Positions 24,659 through 35,800 of a stretch of 42,362 nt of DNA are shown piece after piece (position 1 is the stretch's first letter; the number at the start of each line of letters is the position of its first letter). The stretch lies in the IMG/VR virus record IMGVR_UViG_3300006169_000159, positions 1-42,362 of that record; one strand, 5' to 3'. The notes beneath the pieces were generated by a model that had not been told where the DNA came from, ran no database searches, and saw only the letters and a list, made by a program, of their open reading frames with translations. A program made the translations under genes and the position numbers. Origin of the DNA: a virus (lineage: Duplodnaviria > Caudoviricetes).

Positions 24659-25012
24659 CTAGTCCACCTCGTCGGCCTCGATTGGCTGGCCTTCTCGACC
24701 TACACGTTCAGCGGGTGCTGGCTGTGGAGCGGGCGGCAGCGGGGTCGGAACTGCCGATCCGTCAATCCGACGACGCAAGATGTATGACGCCGCCGAGACG
24801 AGGAGCGTCTTGACGAACAGGAACGACAGGACGTACCAGTCGAAACTTCCCCATCCCGAGGCGTCGTTGAGCGTGTCGTAGACGAACAGTGCGACTGCCA
24901 TGCCGACATCAACGCCGATAGCAGCGAGGAACGTGCGCAGTGCGCGGTTCTTCGCGTCAGCGATCAGTCGCTTCTCGGACTGGATTCCTGCGAGGGTGAG
25001 CGTCTTGGCCAT
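24659..25012 (-). CDS. holin
   Basis: two hydrophobic segments; RALRTF motif; follows the endolysin. Confidence 0.75.
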   Translation of the reverse strand: MAKTLTLAGIQSEKRLIADAKNRALRTFLAAIGVDVGMAVALFVYDTLNDASGWGSFDWYVLSFLFVKTLLVSAASYILRRRIDGSAVPTPLPPAPQPAPAERVGREGQPIEADEVD

Positions 25013-25020
25013 GATTCTCC

Positions 25021-25935
25021 TCAGGTGACCTTCGCGAAGAAGGCTTCTTTCCACGTGTTGGGACCGACGTGGCCGTCGACATCGCCCTTCAGTGCCGTAC
25101 GGCTGGACTGGAACGCCTTGGTCAGACGTTCGTACTCAGGACCGAAGTACCCGTTGTTCCCGTCGGTCGTGAGGTACTTCCTCCCCTTGCCGATGTCCCA
25201 ACCGCGTCGGGACAACTGCGAGGCGAACTCTTGGATCCACGAGCGATCGAGGCGACCGTTGAACGTCCTGCCGTAGTACCCCGACACCGAGTACTTCCGA
25301 CCGTCGTTGCGACCGAAGTAGTACGCCGACGAGGGCAGCGGGAACGGGTGGCGCGGACCGGGCGGGTTCACCACCACGGGAGCAGGCGGTGGAGTCGGGG
25401 TCGGAGTCGGGGTCGCGCCGATGATCGGCATCCCCTTGACGACCCACCCGTAAACCGGATCTCCGGGGCACGAGGTCGACGTTCCGTCGCGGTGACCCAT
25501 CTTCCGCTGAACTTCCTTGCGGATCTGGTACAGGTCGTCGTAGAACTTGCGCTGACGGTTCAACATGACAGCCGGGAGGCCGTCACTCCCGCCGATCATG
25601 AACTGGCTTCCGATGCCGGACCGGTTGTATCCGGGACACTGCGCTCCAACGGTCAGAACACCTCGACCCTCGATCAGCCGACCGTGCGGACAGACGAGCG
25701 TGTTGTAGCCAATGTCCGCCCAACCTCGGGACGACCCCATGTGGAACGTCTGGACGGCCTTGACCCGAGCGAGGCACTGCGCATGCGACTTTGCGGCCAA
25801 GCCAAGTGCGGAACCTCCGTCCCAGTGACTCAGGAACTGGTCCTTGTCGCTAACCGGGACGACGTTCACCACTCCTCCGGACGCCGCTCCCCAGTCACCT
25901 CTGGTGTCATCACACAGGTATGCAAGTGCACCCAT
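25021..25935 (-). CDS. endolysin, PGRP-like N-acetylmuramoyl-L-alanine amidase with peptidoglycan-binding domain
   Basis: RGWADIGYN..IEGRG..GHRD..TSCPG; PT linker; DGHVGPNTW. Confidence 0.92.
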   Translation of the reverse strand: MGALAYLCDDTRGDWGAASGGVVNVVPVSDKDQFLSHWDGGSALGLAAKSHAQCLARVKAVQTFHMGSSRGWADIGYNTLVCPHGRLIEGRGVLTVGAQCPGYNRSGIGSQFMIGGSDGLPAVMLNRQRKFYDDLYQIRKEVQRKMGHRDGTSTSCPGDPVYGWVVKGMPIIGATPTPTPTPPPAPVVVNPPGPRHPFPLPSSAYYFGRNDGRKYSVSGYYGRTFNGRLDRSWIQEFASQLSRRGWDIGKGRKYLTTDGNNGYFGPEYERLTKAFQSSRTALKGDVDGHVGPNTWKEAFFAKVT

Positions 25936-26002
25936 CACGTCTCCTCGATCGTTGCTGCGCTGCATAACTAAGGTACAGCGCCGCTTTGCGAACGAACAGC
26001 AC

Positions 26003-26332
26003 CTACGTAGCCGGAAGAGTGATCAACTCTTGGGCGAGCGCGTTCCACATGCCCGCTACAGCCGTGAGGAGCGCTCCCTCGTTGACCGCTCCTACTGTCG
26101 TGGCTGACGTGGCGATCTCCGGCAAGGTGGCGATCAACGGGATCATGTACTGCACTGTCGTACCGGGACTGGCGAGCGTCTGCCGAGCCAACTCTCGTCG
26201 CCGCTGCCCCAGCGGAGTCTCATCGACCGCGCCGGACAGAACTTCTCGTGCTTGGTACAGGGTTGCGGCAGTCACGAGATCTCTCCACTGAGCACTCCCG
26301 ATCAGCATTGCGGCATTGGCGACGGCACCCAT
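26003..26332 (-). CDS. hypothetical tail-associated protein
   Basis: AGGAG RBS; follows the large tail gene. Confidence 0.65.
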   Translation of the reverse strand: MGAVANAAMLIGSAQWRDLVTAATLYQAREVLSGAVDETPLGQRRRELARQTLASPGTTVQYMIPLIATLPEIATSATTVGAVNEGALLTAVAGMWNALAQELITLPAT

Positions 26333-26348
26333 GATCCTGCTCCTAACC

Positions 26349-29300
26349 TCACTTGACGTAGGTGACGCGGATGAGCGCCCCTGCACCACCTGTGAACCGA
26401 CCGTAGTACGTGGGCGAGTTGCTCGGAGCCGGTCCCATTCCAAAGCCTCGGTACGTGCCACTGGCAAACCCAGCGTAGAAGGACGACGGCAGCACCACCC
26501 ATCGACCACCGGGCTTCTGCCACTTAGTCGACTCGATTGCATACGTCAGAGTCGGGCTCGAAGCAGGCACCGTCGTGTGGCCGTGAACGTGGATGCGTGC
26601 AGTGCCACCAGCGCTGTAGTACCAGTGGCTTGCGTAGGCATACACCTCGATCTTTCGGATGGTCGCACCGGACAAGTCGCTCGTCATGGATGGGAAGGTC
26701 CAGAGGCCCCGACCGTTGCCGTTCGAACCCATGTATCCCTGCACGACGTCAGACGTGTTGGTCCGCTTGACCCCACTTCCGGTGTACGTGCCAGAGGACG
26801 TCGAGCGGTACGTCTTGACATACGTCTTCTTCGCCGTGGTGGGCGTACCGGCTCCACCACCACCATCGTTACCGAGCCATGTCTCAGCGACAGCCCGCCC
26901 CTGATCCATGACCGCCATGCGGATGTACTTGCGGGGGAAGGCCGTGCCGTTGGGGTCGACTCCAACTTGGACGCTCCCAGTCCCATAGCCACGGCGAACA
27001 GTCAGAAGCACGCGGACCGGAACACCGGGTGTCGAGTTCCACTGACCTTCAAGGACCATTGGGGTGCTGCTTGCGTACTCTCCGGTCGCGGCAGGGGCGA
27101 TCTCCGACGTCGTGTCCCAGAGGAACGAGTTCACCGTGGGGGGTGACCCATCCTCCGTGTAACGCAGACCAAAGACAGCAGTGGTTCGACTGGTCACCCA
27201 GTGCCACATGATCCCGTTGAAGAACAGCAGGTACGAGCGCTGCGGATCGGCCTCGAACGAGATCTCACCGATGCCGATCTCTGACGTGACGTTCGGCGAG
27301 TTCCACTGCGACGTGAAGTACACCTGAGCGACAGTCCCGGCGCTGCTGTCCATCTGCCAATCCATGAAGTCTCGACCGTAGACCTCCAAGCCACTGTCAG
27401 GAACGTCGTCACCATTGCTGTCAACGCCAGCAACGTTCAACTGGGTGAAGGCTGCACCACCAACGTCACTGATAGAAGCAACCGTCTTGCCGAGGTTCTG
27501 CACCGAGAAGTAGTTGCTTCGGTTGGTCACGAGAGCCGTTGCCTCATTGCCCTCGTCATCAAACAGGCGCATGCCAGCAGCCGTGATCTCCGTTGCTCCG
27601 CCGATACCAACCTCGACCACCGAGACGTCATCGATCACCAGTGTCGCGGCAGCGGCAGGCTGGAAGTTCGTGATGCGAACCGCCGTCCATGCAGCCGTAG
27701 CGGTCCACGTGTACGAGAAGGTCTCAAACGACGACGACAGCAGGGGTTCAGTCACAACTGTGGGGCTTGTCCACGTCGAGTCGCCTGTGACCGTCTCTGA
27801 CGAGAACCCCGTGATATCCGCCTGAGTCGAGCCCTTCTGAACGCTGATCACCATGGTGGCCGGGGACGTGACTGAAGCAGCATAGACAACGAGGCGATAC
27901 GTCCTACCTACCGTCGTCTCAAACGTGTTCGAGACGAGTCCCGAGGACCCACCAGCAGCAGATGTCATCGAGGCCCCATTGGATCCCGAACGGGAGCGAC
28001 CGGCAGAAACGCTGCGAACCCCTCCGACCGAGCCACTAACAACATCCTTGCGCCACTTGCTCATGTCGCCTTGGCCAGTGGTGAACGGTGACCAATCCGT
28101 CAGAACGTAATCTTCCTCGAAGGACGGGGCGTTGCTCCGGTTCGTGCGCAGTACACCAAGAGCCATGTGCTCAGCGCGCAGGAAGCCCACGTCTGCCTTG
28201 TCCGACGTAACGGCACGAGCGCCCAACTTGTCGGTGACAACAGAACCAGCAGCCAACTGAAGAGCCGTGACGGTTCCATCAACAATCAACTTGCCGGGCG
28301 ACTTGCGCCGGATACGGATCGCGATCGACTGTGAGGCGTTGACCTCCGTACCATTCACATGGTTGAAGTACACGGTTCCGATGCGCATGCGAGTCGCCGT
28401 GGCCGTGGCCGTGGCCAGTGAGGCGTACTTCGTCCACACCGTCGGGACGACGAGGTTGCTGATCGGGTAGGACGTTCCTGCACTCATGCCGTTGTTCTCA
28501 CCGGCAATCGGGACGTTCGTCGTAGCGTGAGCATTGGCCTGATCCCGCAGTTCGACGTAGATACGCGAGTTGGGCAAGTCCGCCTTCAGCCACACCTCTA
28601 CGAGGAACTGCTCTCCCGGAGTGCAGTCCCAGCCGTACGACTCGATCCCCCCACCGGACACCGACCCCTGTCCTGACGCGGTCTTGACTGCCCCTCGAAC
28701 ATCAGACGGAGTGCCAGCGGTCTCATAGAGAGCGCTGGGTGGGCTGATCCACCCGCCCAAGACACCCAACTCGCCAGCACCGTTTGGCACAAGGTTCTTG
28801 TCATCACCGAGAATCATCTGTCGGGCAGTGATGGTGTTCGTCTGGACCAAGCCACCGTTGATAGTCGTCTGACCGGGGTACACCCACGTGTTGACCAGAT
28901 CAGTCGTCGCCTTGAAGGCCGTGTTGTCGATAAGCACCCACGCCGAAGAGCCGATCGTGCTGACCCCAGCGGCAAAGGCTCGGTAGGTCTTGTTCGCGTC
29001 GTCGGTGTCGATCCAAAGATCACCAGCGTTGACAGACGTCGGGATGGACGTCTGGGCGAAGGTCTTCGTCGTCGAGGCCGGAAGCGCAACCCAAGCAGCC
29101 GCACCGATCGTGCTGACCCCTGCCGCAGCAGCGCGGTACATCTTGTTGTCATCGTCTGTGTCGACCCAGAGGTCGCCAGCCGCAGTGGACGTCGGGATGG
29201 ACGTCTGGGCGAACGTCGTCGTCTTGGCGTTGAGCGTCGTCTGAAGTCCGTTGACCTGTCCGATGGTCAGCGCATTGGTCTGAATCCGGTTTGCCACGTC

Positions 29301-32063
29301 AAGGAACCCGGTTGTGATCTTCGCAGCGTCAAGCGTTGCGATGACTTCATTCCGAAGCGTGGTCGCGGTCCAGACGTACGCACCCGGCGTACCTCCACCG
29401 CTCACCCACTGACCGATGATCTGGTTACCCGACTGACGCCACCAGAGGTCACCCGTCGACCCAACGTCGTTCACAGTCGGAGCGGCAGTCGAGTACGTCA
29501 CGACGTTCTTGCCGTTTGCCGTCGCCTGAGCAGCAGATGCCAAGGCGAGAGCATTGGACATGGGCGGAGTCGTCAGCAGCGTGTAGGCCGCCCCCGTGAC
29601 AGTTGCTTCGGTTTCGACCGTTGCTGTCCATCCATCAAGGAACGAGTCTGGCGGCGTCGTGTGTCCGATGATCACCTCGGGGATCGTGATCTTCGGATAC
29701 TTGAAGATGTTGCTCGTGTCGTTGGACGACAGGATGATCGCCACGGTGTTGGTAGCGGTCTCCTTGGCCAACCTGACCCCGGCAGGGAACGATCCGTTGA
29801 TCGTGACACCAGTACTGTCGAGGCCACCCGAGTGGGCGCGGAACCCTACCCCGAGATCTATGTCAGTAGTACCGGCCTTGTAGTTGTACCCCTTGATACG
29901 CAGCGTCGTCATGTAGTTGCCGAACGTGATCGGCGTATGAATGACGATGTTGTCAGCGAGGGACGCCGTGCCGTTGGTCCAGTCAAGAACGGACCGGAAC
30001 GTCTTCTGCGATCCAGAGGTCGTGATGCGCTGCAAGGCACCAGATATGGCGGCATCCTGACGGAGAACCCAGTTCGTACCGTCGTACACCTTGATGACAT
30101 TGCCGTTGGCCGTGTCGATCCAGATGTCACCAGCGACGGGCGTCGGTGACGTCGGAGCAGTCGCACTGACGGTGGAGCGGTTGCCAGCCACTCCAACCGT
30201 AAGGTCGCTTGCTCCGATGGTCGCGGCCGAGAAGGACGTGGATGCAGATGCAGGCGACGCATTGCCCGACGTGTCATAGGCAACGAGTCGTGCGTAGTAC
30301 GTCGTGCTGTACGAGGGGACTGGCCAAGCAACCACACCAGCCTTGCTGATCACGTTGATCCGGTTGGCAGACGTCGGTGTGAATGTCGAGGTCGTACCGA
30401 CGTGCACCTCCAACCGGTCAAAGTCAGCAGGCATCGCGCCTCCGACGTTGTCGAGCCCGTTCCAGCCGATTGATGCGACCGACAGACGGACAGTGACGGT
30501 CGGAGTCGACGGGGTCACGGGGGGCGTCGTGTCAGCCGCCATGAGGATGCGCAACTCGGCGCTACGAGGCGACCAGTTGTTCGCCTCGTCGACTGCGATG
30601 ATCGAGAACCGGTAGTACGTATTGGGGTCGAGGTCGGACACGTAGGCGACCTGCTCACCAGCAGCCACCGTGTTGATCTGCACCCATGGCGCTACTGCGG
30701 AGTCGGTCCGACGGTAGACGCGGATCTCCCGGAGGTCATCGATGCTCGTGTTGTCGGTGCTCTGGGTCGGATCGACCCACGTGAGCGAGATACCAGCCCT
30801 CGGACGACCGAACGCGTCGAGGTAGGCGGACGTCGTCCCACCAAGGCCGGTAGGGGCCTTCGGGGCAACCGTGTCAGGCGGGTTGTCCGGACCCGGTGTC
30901 ACCGATCCACCGGAGTCACTAGACGTACTGCCGACAATGGCTTCCAAGCGCCGCTCGTTGATGAGATCGCGCTCCAAGAAGATGTCGTTCAGCGTGGCGA
31001 CGACAGTGTGGCGCTGGTCATTCTCGATGCTGGCCGACAACTGACGGATGCGGAAGCGCTCCAAGTAGCCGAAGCGGTCGAGGAACACCCAGTCACCAAC
31101 GTTGTACGTCAGAAAGGGCTTCGACCCTGAGACCTCGTGCTCCACCTTGCACGTGTACGACGAGCGCGGAGCCGCCGTCTTTGACAACTGCATGTCCCCG
31201 AGGATGTACAACGTCCCCTGATCGGCAATGCCGGTCTGCGAGAACGACCCTTCCTGACGTCCGTACTGAGTCACCGAGGACGAGTTGACCCGCTCGAACA
31301 CCTGATTGTTGTCACCGAGCAGCAAGTACGCGTTGACCAGTTCTTCCGACGACTCCGAGTACGGCAGGTCCGTGACCTGCCGACCCCTCCGGAGAACCAC
31401 CGGGTTTGCTGCCCCCGGAGTCGCCCAGTCGGTACCGAGCGTGTCCCCCTTGTACAACTTCATCTCTCGACCGACGGTTTCCACGTCGACCAGACCAGCA
31501 CGAACGAGCATCTCCAAGACGCTCTTGACTGACGCGCCGGTCGGAGCAGTGAACGTGATGGTCTGAGTCCATGCAGCACCGTTCGCATCGGTCGTGCTGC
31601 TCCACGATGAGTGCGTCAGTCCGCTGAGAGCACCTCGCGTCTGAGCAAGGTTGATGAGCGTCTTCATCACGGCACCAGCAGTGGCGTTCGTGAACGTGTG
31701 ACCGTCCGTCGCAGGCGCAGTCGGCCAGTTGCTGGGGTAGACGATCCCCTTCTCCAAGATCGACAACCACGTCTTGCCCGCCCACGTCACCTCACCACCA
31801 GTGCCGGGAGCGTCGTTGGCACCTACGGCATTGCCTTCGGTCTCCTTCAGGCGAGCGCGACTGTTCTCGATCTCGACACCGTCGTAGAACAGGGCCACCT
31901 CGACCGAGTGCCCGAGACCGGCATCAACCGCCTTCTTGGCAGGCAACGAGAAGGACACCATGCCGGAGTCGTTGAGGATCGTCGTGAAGTCCGGCTTGGC
32001 ACCCTGAACGACCTTGTCCTGCGTGCCATTGGCCAGAAACGTTCGAACCTCGAAAACACTCAT
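26349..32063 (-). CDS. large minor tail/central fibre protein (1,904 aa)
   Basis: follows distal tail gene; hub-like N-terminus, FN3-like domains, GDLW.DT repeats, carbohydrate-binding-like modules. Confidence 0.88.
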   Translation of the reverse strand: MSVFEVRTFLANGTQDKVVQGAKPDFTTILNDSGMVSFSLPAKKAVDAGLGHSVEVALFYDGVEIENSRARLKETEGNAVGANDAPGTGGEVTWAGKTWLSILEKGIVYPSNWPTAPATDGHTFTNATAGAVMKTLINLAQTRGALSGLTHSSWSSTTDANGAAWTQTITFTAPTGASVKSVLEMLVRAGLVDVETVGREMKLYKGDTLGTDWATPGAANPVVLRRGRQVTDLPYSESSEELVNAYLLLGDNNQVFERVNSSSVTQYGRQEGSFSQTGIADQGTLYILGDMQLSKTAAPRSSYTCKVEHEVSGSKPFLTYNVGDWVFLDRFGYLERFRIRQLSASIENDQRHTVVATLNDIFLERDLINERRLEAIVGSTSSDSGGSVTPGPDNPPDTVAPKAPTGLGGTTSAYLDAFGRPRAGISLTWVDPTQSTDNTSIDDLREIRVYRRTDSAVAPWVQINTVAAGEQVAYVSDLDPNTYYRFSIIAVDEANNWSPRSAELRILMAADTTPPVTPSTPTVTVRLSVASIGWNGLDNVGGAMPADFDRLEVHVGTTSTFTPTSANRINVISKAGVVAWPVPSYSTTYYARLVAYDTSGNASPASASTSFSAATIGASDLTVGVAGNRSTVSATAPTSPTPVAGDIWIDTANGNVIKVYDGTNWVLRQDAAISGALQRITTSGSQKTFRSVLDWTNGTASLADNIVIHTPITFGNYMTTLRIKGYNYKAGTTDIDLGVGFRAHSGGLDSTGVTINGSFPAGVRLAKETATNTVAIILSSNDTSNIFKYPKITIPEVIIGHTTPPDSFLDGWTATVETEATVTGAAYTLLTTPPMSNALALASAAQATANGKNVVTYSTAAPTVNDVGSTGDLWWRQSGNQIIGQWVSGGGTPGAYVWTATTLRNEVIATLDAAKITTGFLDVANRIQTNALTIGQVNGLQTTLNAKTTTFAQTSIPTSTAAGDLWVDTDDDNKMYRAAAAGVSTIGAAAWVALPASTTKTFAQTSIPTSVNAGDLWIDTDDANKTYRAFAAGVSTIGSSAWVLIDNTAFKATTDLVNTWVYPGQTTINGGLVQTNTITARQMILGDDKNLVPNGAGELGVLGGWISPPSALYETAGTPSDVRGAVKTASGQGSVSGGGIESYGWDCTPGEQFLVEVWLKADLPNSRIYVELRDQANAHATTNVPIAGENNGMSAGTSYPISNLVVPTVWTKYASLATATATATRMRIGTVYFNHVNGTEVNASQSIAIRIRRKSPGKLIVDGTVTALQLAAGSVVTDKLGARAVTSDKADVGFLRAEHMALGVLRTNRSNAPSFEEDYVLTDWSPFTTGQGDMSKWRKDVVSGSVGGVRSVSAGRSRSGSNGASMTSAAGGSSGLVSNTFETTVGRTYRLVVYAASVTSPATMVISVQKGSTQADITGFSSETVTGDSTWTSPTVVTEPLLSSSFETFSYTWTATAAWTAVRITNFQPAAAATLVIDDVSVVEVGIGGATEITAAGMRLFDDEGNEATALVTNRSNYFSVQNLGKTVASISDVGGAAFTQLNVAGVDSNGDDVPDSGLEVYGRDFMDWQMDSSAGTVAQVYFTSQWNSPNVTSEIGIGEISFEADPQRSYLLFFNGIMWHWVTSRTTAVFGLRYTEDGSPPTVNSFLWDTTSEIAPAATGEYASSTPMVLEGQWNSTPGVPVRVLLTVRRGYGTGSVQVGVDPNGTAFPRKYIRMAVMDQGRAVAETWLGNDGGGGAGTPTTAKKTYVKTYRSTSSGTYTGSGVKRTNTSDVVQGYMGSNGNGRGLWTFPSMTSDLSGATIRKIEVYAYASHWYYSAGGTARIHVHGHTTVPASSPTLTYAIESTKWQKPGGRWVVLPSSFYAGFASGTYRGFGMGPAPSNSPTYYGRFTGGAGALIRVTYVK
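28935..29220 (-). repeat. 153-nt (51-aa) tandem duplication inside the tail gene
   Basis: GACGTCGGGATGGACGTCTGGGCGAA at 29035 and 29188; TFAQTSIPTS..AGDLW.DTDD.NK.YRA.AAGVSTIG twice. Confidence 0.9.
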
Positions 32064-32890
32064 GCCAGCAACCATGCCCTCTTCGCGGTGATCTTCAATG
32101 TGCCTGTGTTGGCGTTCTGGACCTGCACCTGAACCCCCGCAGACCTCTGGGTCAGATCGAGGAACGTCGCCCCGAGGCCGTGCGTCGTCGACTGCAATAC
32201 GTTCGACCCCGCGATGGTGGACGTCCATGCGGCACTGTCAACGACCCACTTCTGGCCCGTGGACAAGGTGGGAGACACCTGAACCCACTGGCCCGTGACG
32301 GGGTCGGTCAACCGGGGACTGACAGCCTGTGTCGTACCAGCAGTCAGTTCGAAGTTCGCGTTCACCAGTGGAGCCGACCCGTTGAACGACGTGAAGGTCA
32401 ACGTCTGGTTGGTCGACGTGATGTTCAAGGTCTGGTTGATCGCTACTCCGTCGAACCAGAAGACTCCCGGCACCCTCAACTCGACCGCGAACTCCGCCCT
32501 CGTGCCTCCCGCCATGGTCGAGAAGTCGATCGCCTGAGTGACCTCGCACAGCGCTTCCCGGTACGTCGTCCCGTCGTCTGCGTACTGCTTCAGTGACAGC
32601 AGGTTCGGCTGCGTGAAGAGAGTCATCAACGCTTCGATGTTGTCCCGACACAGTTGCTTGCGACTGGGCGATGCGGGGAACGTCCCGTCAGCGTTTGACC
32701 CCACGGCATACATCGTCAGGAGGAGCGTGTTCTCGTCGTACGTCTTGCCGGGGATGAACAGCGATCCATGAACACCGGGCAGGCGAGGGTTGTCTCCGAG
32801 CCGACCGGCCACCTTCCATCGCCCACCACGGCTCACCACGTTCCATGCGACCTGAGACAACTCGGTCCCATTGACGGTCAACTCCGCCAT
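32060..32890 (-). CDS. distal tail (Dit-like) minor tail protein
   Basis: directly after the tape measure; beta-rich 276 aa. Confidence 0.8.
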   Translation of the reverse strand: MAELTVNGTELSQVAWNVVSRGGRWKVAGRLGDNPRLPGVHGSLFIPGKTYDENTLLLTMYAVGSNADGTFPASPSRKQLCRDNIEALMTLFTQPNLLSLKQYADDGTTYREALCEVTQAIDFSTMAGGTRAEFAVELRVPGVFWFDGVAINQTLNITSTNQTLTFTSFNGSAPLVNANFELTAGTTQAVSPRLTDPVTGQWVQVSPTLSTGQKWVVDSAAWTSTIAGSNVLQSTTHGLGATFLDLTQRSAGVQVQVQNANTGTLKITAKRAWLLA

Positions 32891-32891
32891 C

Positions 32892-35800
32892 TCAGTCTCC
32901 CTTGGCCGTACGGCTGTTGATCAGACCGAGAGCCGAGGACCGGCGCAAGCGCTCCTGCGTGCTTTCAGACGCCCGCTCAGCGATCGGGTTGTTGATCGTG
33001 AAGTGGAAGTGCTGCTCGCCAATCGTCTGGCCCGAGTGGTCCAGTTCGATCCTCGCCCCTCCAACGCCGGGCGTGATGGCGGTGGCATCCAAGCGACGCA
33101 TGAGCCCCGGAGCGAACTCTGCCGGGTTCGCCCGCATGGCAAGACCCCGAGCATTCGGAGCACCGGCAGCATTCGCCAGTACGGCCAGAGGATCCCGGCT
33201 GTTGTTGGCTCGCCGCAGGTTCGCCAGTCCAATCTTGCGAACGACGTTCTTCGCCAGCACGAACTCTCCCGGCTCGGCTCGCAGATTCGTCCGGTCACCC
33301 GATCCCGACCCCGGAACGACGCCACCACGACGCATGGCCCAGTGGACGTGGTCGTAGTGCTCGGTCTTGATGTGCGGAGGCGTGTCCATGACCCTGCCGA
33401 AGCGGATCTGACGGCTCCCCTTGGGCGAGAAGTACAGCGACCGAACAGACGACGCCTTGTAGAACCGCTTAATCGCCTCGAAGGTGTCTCCCATGCGAGC
33501 ACCAGCGAGGTCGATGGCGCGGCCCTTGTCGTGGTCGGACGCCGGGTTGCCAGTACGAACGGTCGACGTGATTGCCGCCCACGGCGTGTTCCTGCGAGCC
33601 CATGCGACCTGAGCGCGCCACCCCATGCCAGCACCGTTGGCGTTGCCACCCATGTCGAAGACGCTCTTCAACTTCCGGATCGCAGCATCCTTCAACTTGC
33701 CGAGTCCGGACTTCAAAATCTGACCCAGCGTCGTGTTACCGACCCCGCTCAGGTCAGGCAGCAGGTTGCCTCCGATGTTCTTGAAGAAGTCGACAGTCGA
33801 CGTCACCCCGGTCTGCACCTTGTCCCATGCGCTCTTGGCCCAGTCGACGATGCCGCCACCCCAGTACGGAGGCAGGCCGCTCCGTCGAGCCGTCTCGACA
33901 GCCTTGACGCCACCCGAGCGGTTGATGTCCTCCTGAGACCACACGACCTCGCCACGGTGAACGATGCCAGCAGGCGTGTACTTGCCTCCACGGCCCGTAA
34001 AGCCACCACCAGAGAAGCCAGCGCTGATGCTCGGGATCTTCGGCCCACCGATCTTGCCGCTGATCGCGTTGAACCCCCTGATGAGGCCGTTGTTCAGCAC
34101 CGTGTTGATGACGAACCGGATCGGCTTGGCAGCACTCTCCTTCACCTTGCCCCATGCGGTCTCGATGGTGCGCTGAACTGTGCCGAAGTGCGAGCCAAGG
34201 CTCGTCAAGCCGTCCTTGAAGGTCTTGAAGATCCCCTTGATGCCGGTCCAGACATTCGACACGGTCGTCTTGATCGCAGTCCAAGCGTTCGACCAGTTGG
34301 TCTTCAGGTTCGTCCAACCGGTCTTCAGCCCATCAGCCAATGCCTTCCATGCAGCCGAAACAACCGACTTGATACCGGTCCAAGCAGTCGAGACGGCAGT
34401 CTTGATAGCCGTCCACACTGCTGTCCAGTTGTTCTTCAGGTTCGTCAGGCCAGTCTTGATGGTCGACATAACTGCGCCGATAGCAGCGTCGACCACGGCC
34501 TTGATGCCGTTCCAGATGTTCGCCAAGAACGTCTTGACCGCCGTGAAGATCGACTTGACGATGTCGTAGCCCCGCTGGAACCACGCCTTCATCCCGTTGA
34601 CGATGTCCGGGATGATCGAGTGGCCAAGCAGGACGTCGTAGATCCACTTGAAGATACCGACGATGAAGTTCGCCACCCACTGGACGACCTCGGTCCACAC
34701 CTTGAAGGCGAACGCAGCAACCCGAATGGCAGCCGCCAGTGCGACCACGGCAGCGACGATGACGACACCAAGGACTGCTCCGACAACCTTCAGGATCGGC
34801 AGCAGGTTCTTGATGGCGTCGGACATGCTTCCCCATGCGGCGAGCAAGTACTTCTTCACCACCTCGGCCACGAACCCGAGGACCGCCTTGATCTTGTTCG
34901 CCGCGTCAGACCCTTGGTTCAGCCACCGGATGAACATGGCGATCCCGGCGATCAGTGCGACGATCCCGGCGATCACAGCGATGACCGGCAGTGAGATTGC
35001 CCCGATAGCCGCTGACATGATGCCGATGATCACGAGCAGCGGTCCGATGACAGCGATCAGCGCCCCCACGATGATCACCATCCGCTGGACGGCAGGGGAT
35101 GCCTTCGAGAACGAGTCAACCCATGTAGCGATGGCGTTGGCGATCGGTGTGACGATGCTCTTGATGACAGGAGTCGCTGAGTCGATGAACTTGTCGAACG
35201 AAGCGCCGATGCGACCGATGACCGCCTGCATCGACTCGCCACGGATCTTCAACTCACGCTCGTAGGCAGCCGCACCTGCCTTGACGTCCTTGAACCCCTC
35301 AGCCGCCGTCTTGTACAGACTGGCATTCCCCTTGTTGACGTCCTTGATGAGCATGTCGAAGAGCGGGCCGAACTCGACACCGATGGCGCTCTTCGTGAAC
35401 TGCAACTGCTCCTGACGGTTCAACTTGTCGAAGTTGGCACCAATGTCACCCAGCAACTTGGGGAACGGGACGAGGTTGCCGTTCGCGTCCTTCGTCGAGA
35501 CACCCATCTTCTCGAACAATGCGTTGACCTTCGGTCCGGTCGTGTAGAGCCGCTGGAAGATCGCTCGAAGGGCGTCAGCCGACCGCATGGTCTCCTGACC
35601 GGCACCCTTGAAGACGGCCATACCACCAGCGATGGAGCCGATCGCATCGGAGGCCGAGAAGCCCGGACCGACAAGGGAGTACGCAGCGCCACCGGCTCGT
35701 CGCAGACCATCCGTCAAGTCCTGACCAGAGGCAGCCGTGTCGTTCTCCACCTTGTTGAGGCCACGCAGGGCGTCGGTCAACTTCTCGCCTTCGAGGCGGA

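Noticed and set aside
26349-32063. Diversity-generating retroelement acting on the tail protein
   Set aside because: No reverse transcriptase and no adenine-specific TR/VR pair seen; the 153-nt repeat is an in-frame tandem duplication
32871-34994. Long plus-strand ORFs (707 aa here; also 7613-9178, 3103-4119, 21637-22800)
   Set aside because: Antisense shadows of high-GC minus-strand genes; no motifs or RBS
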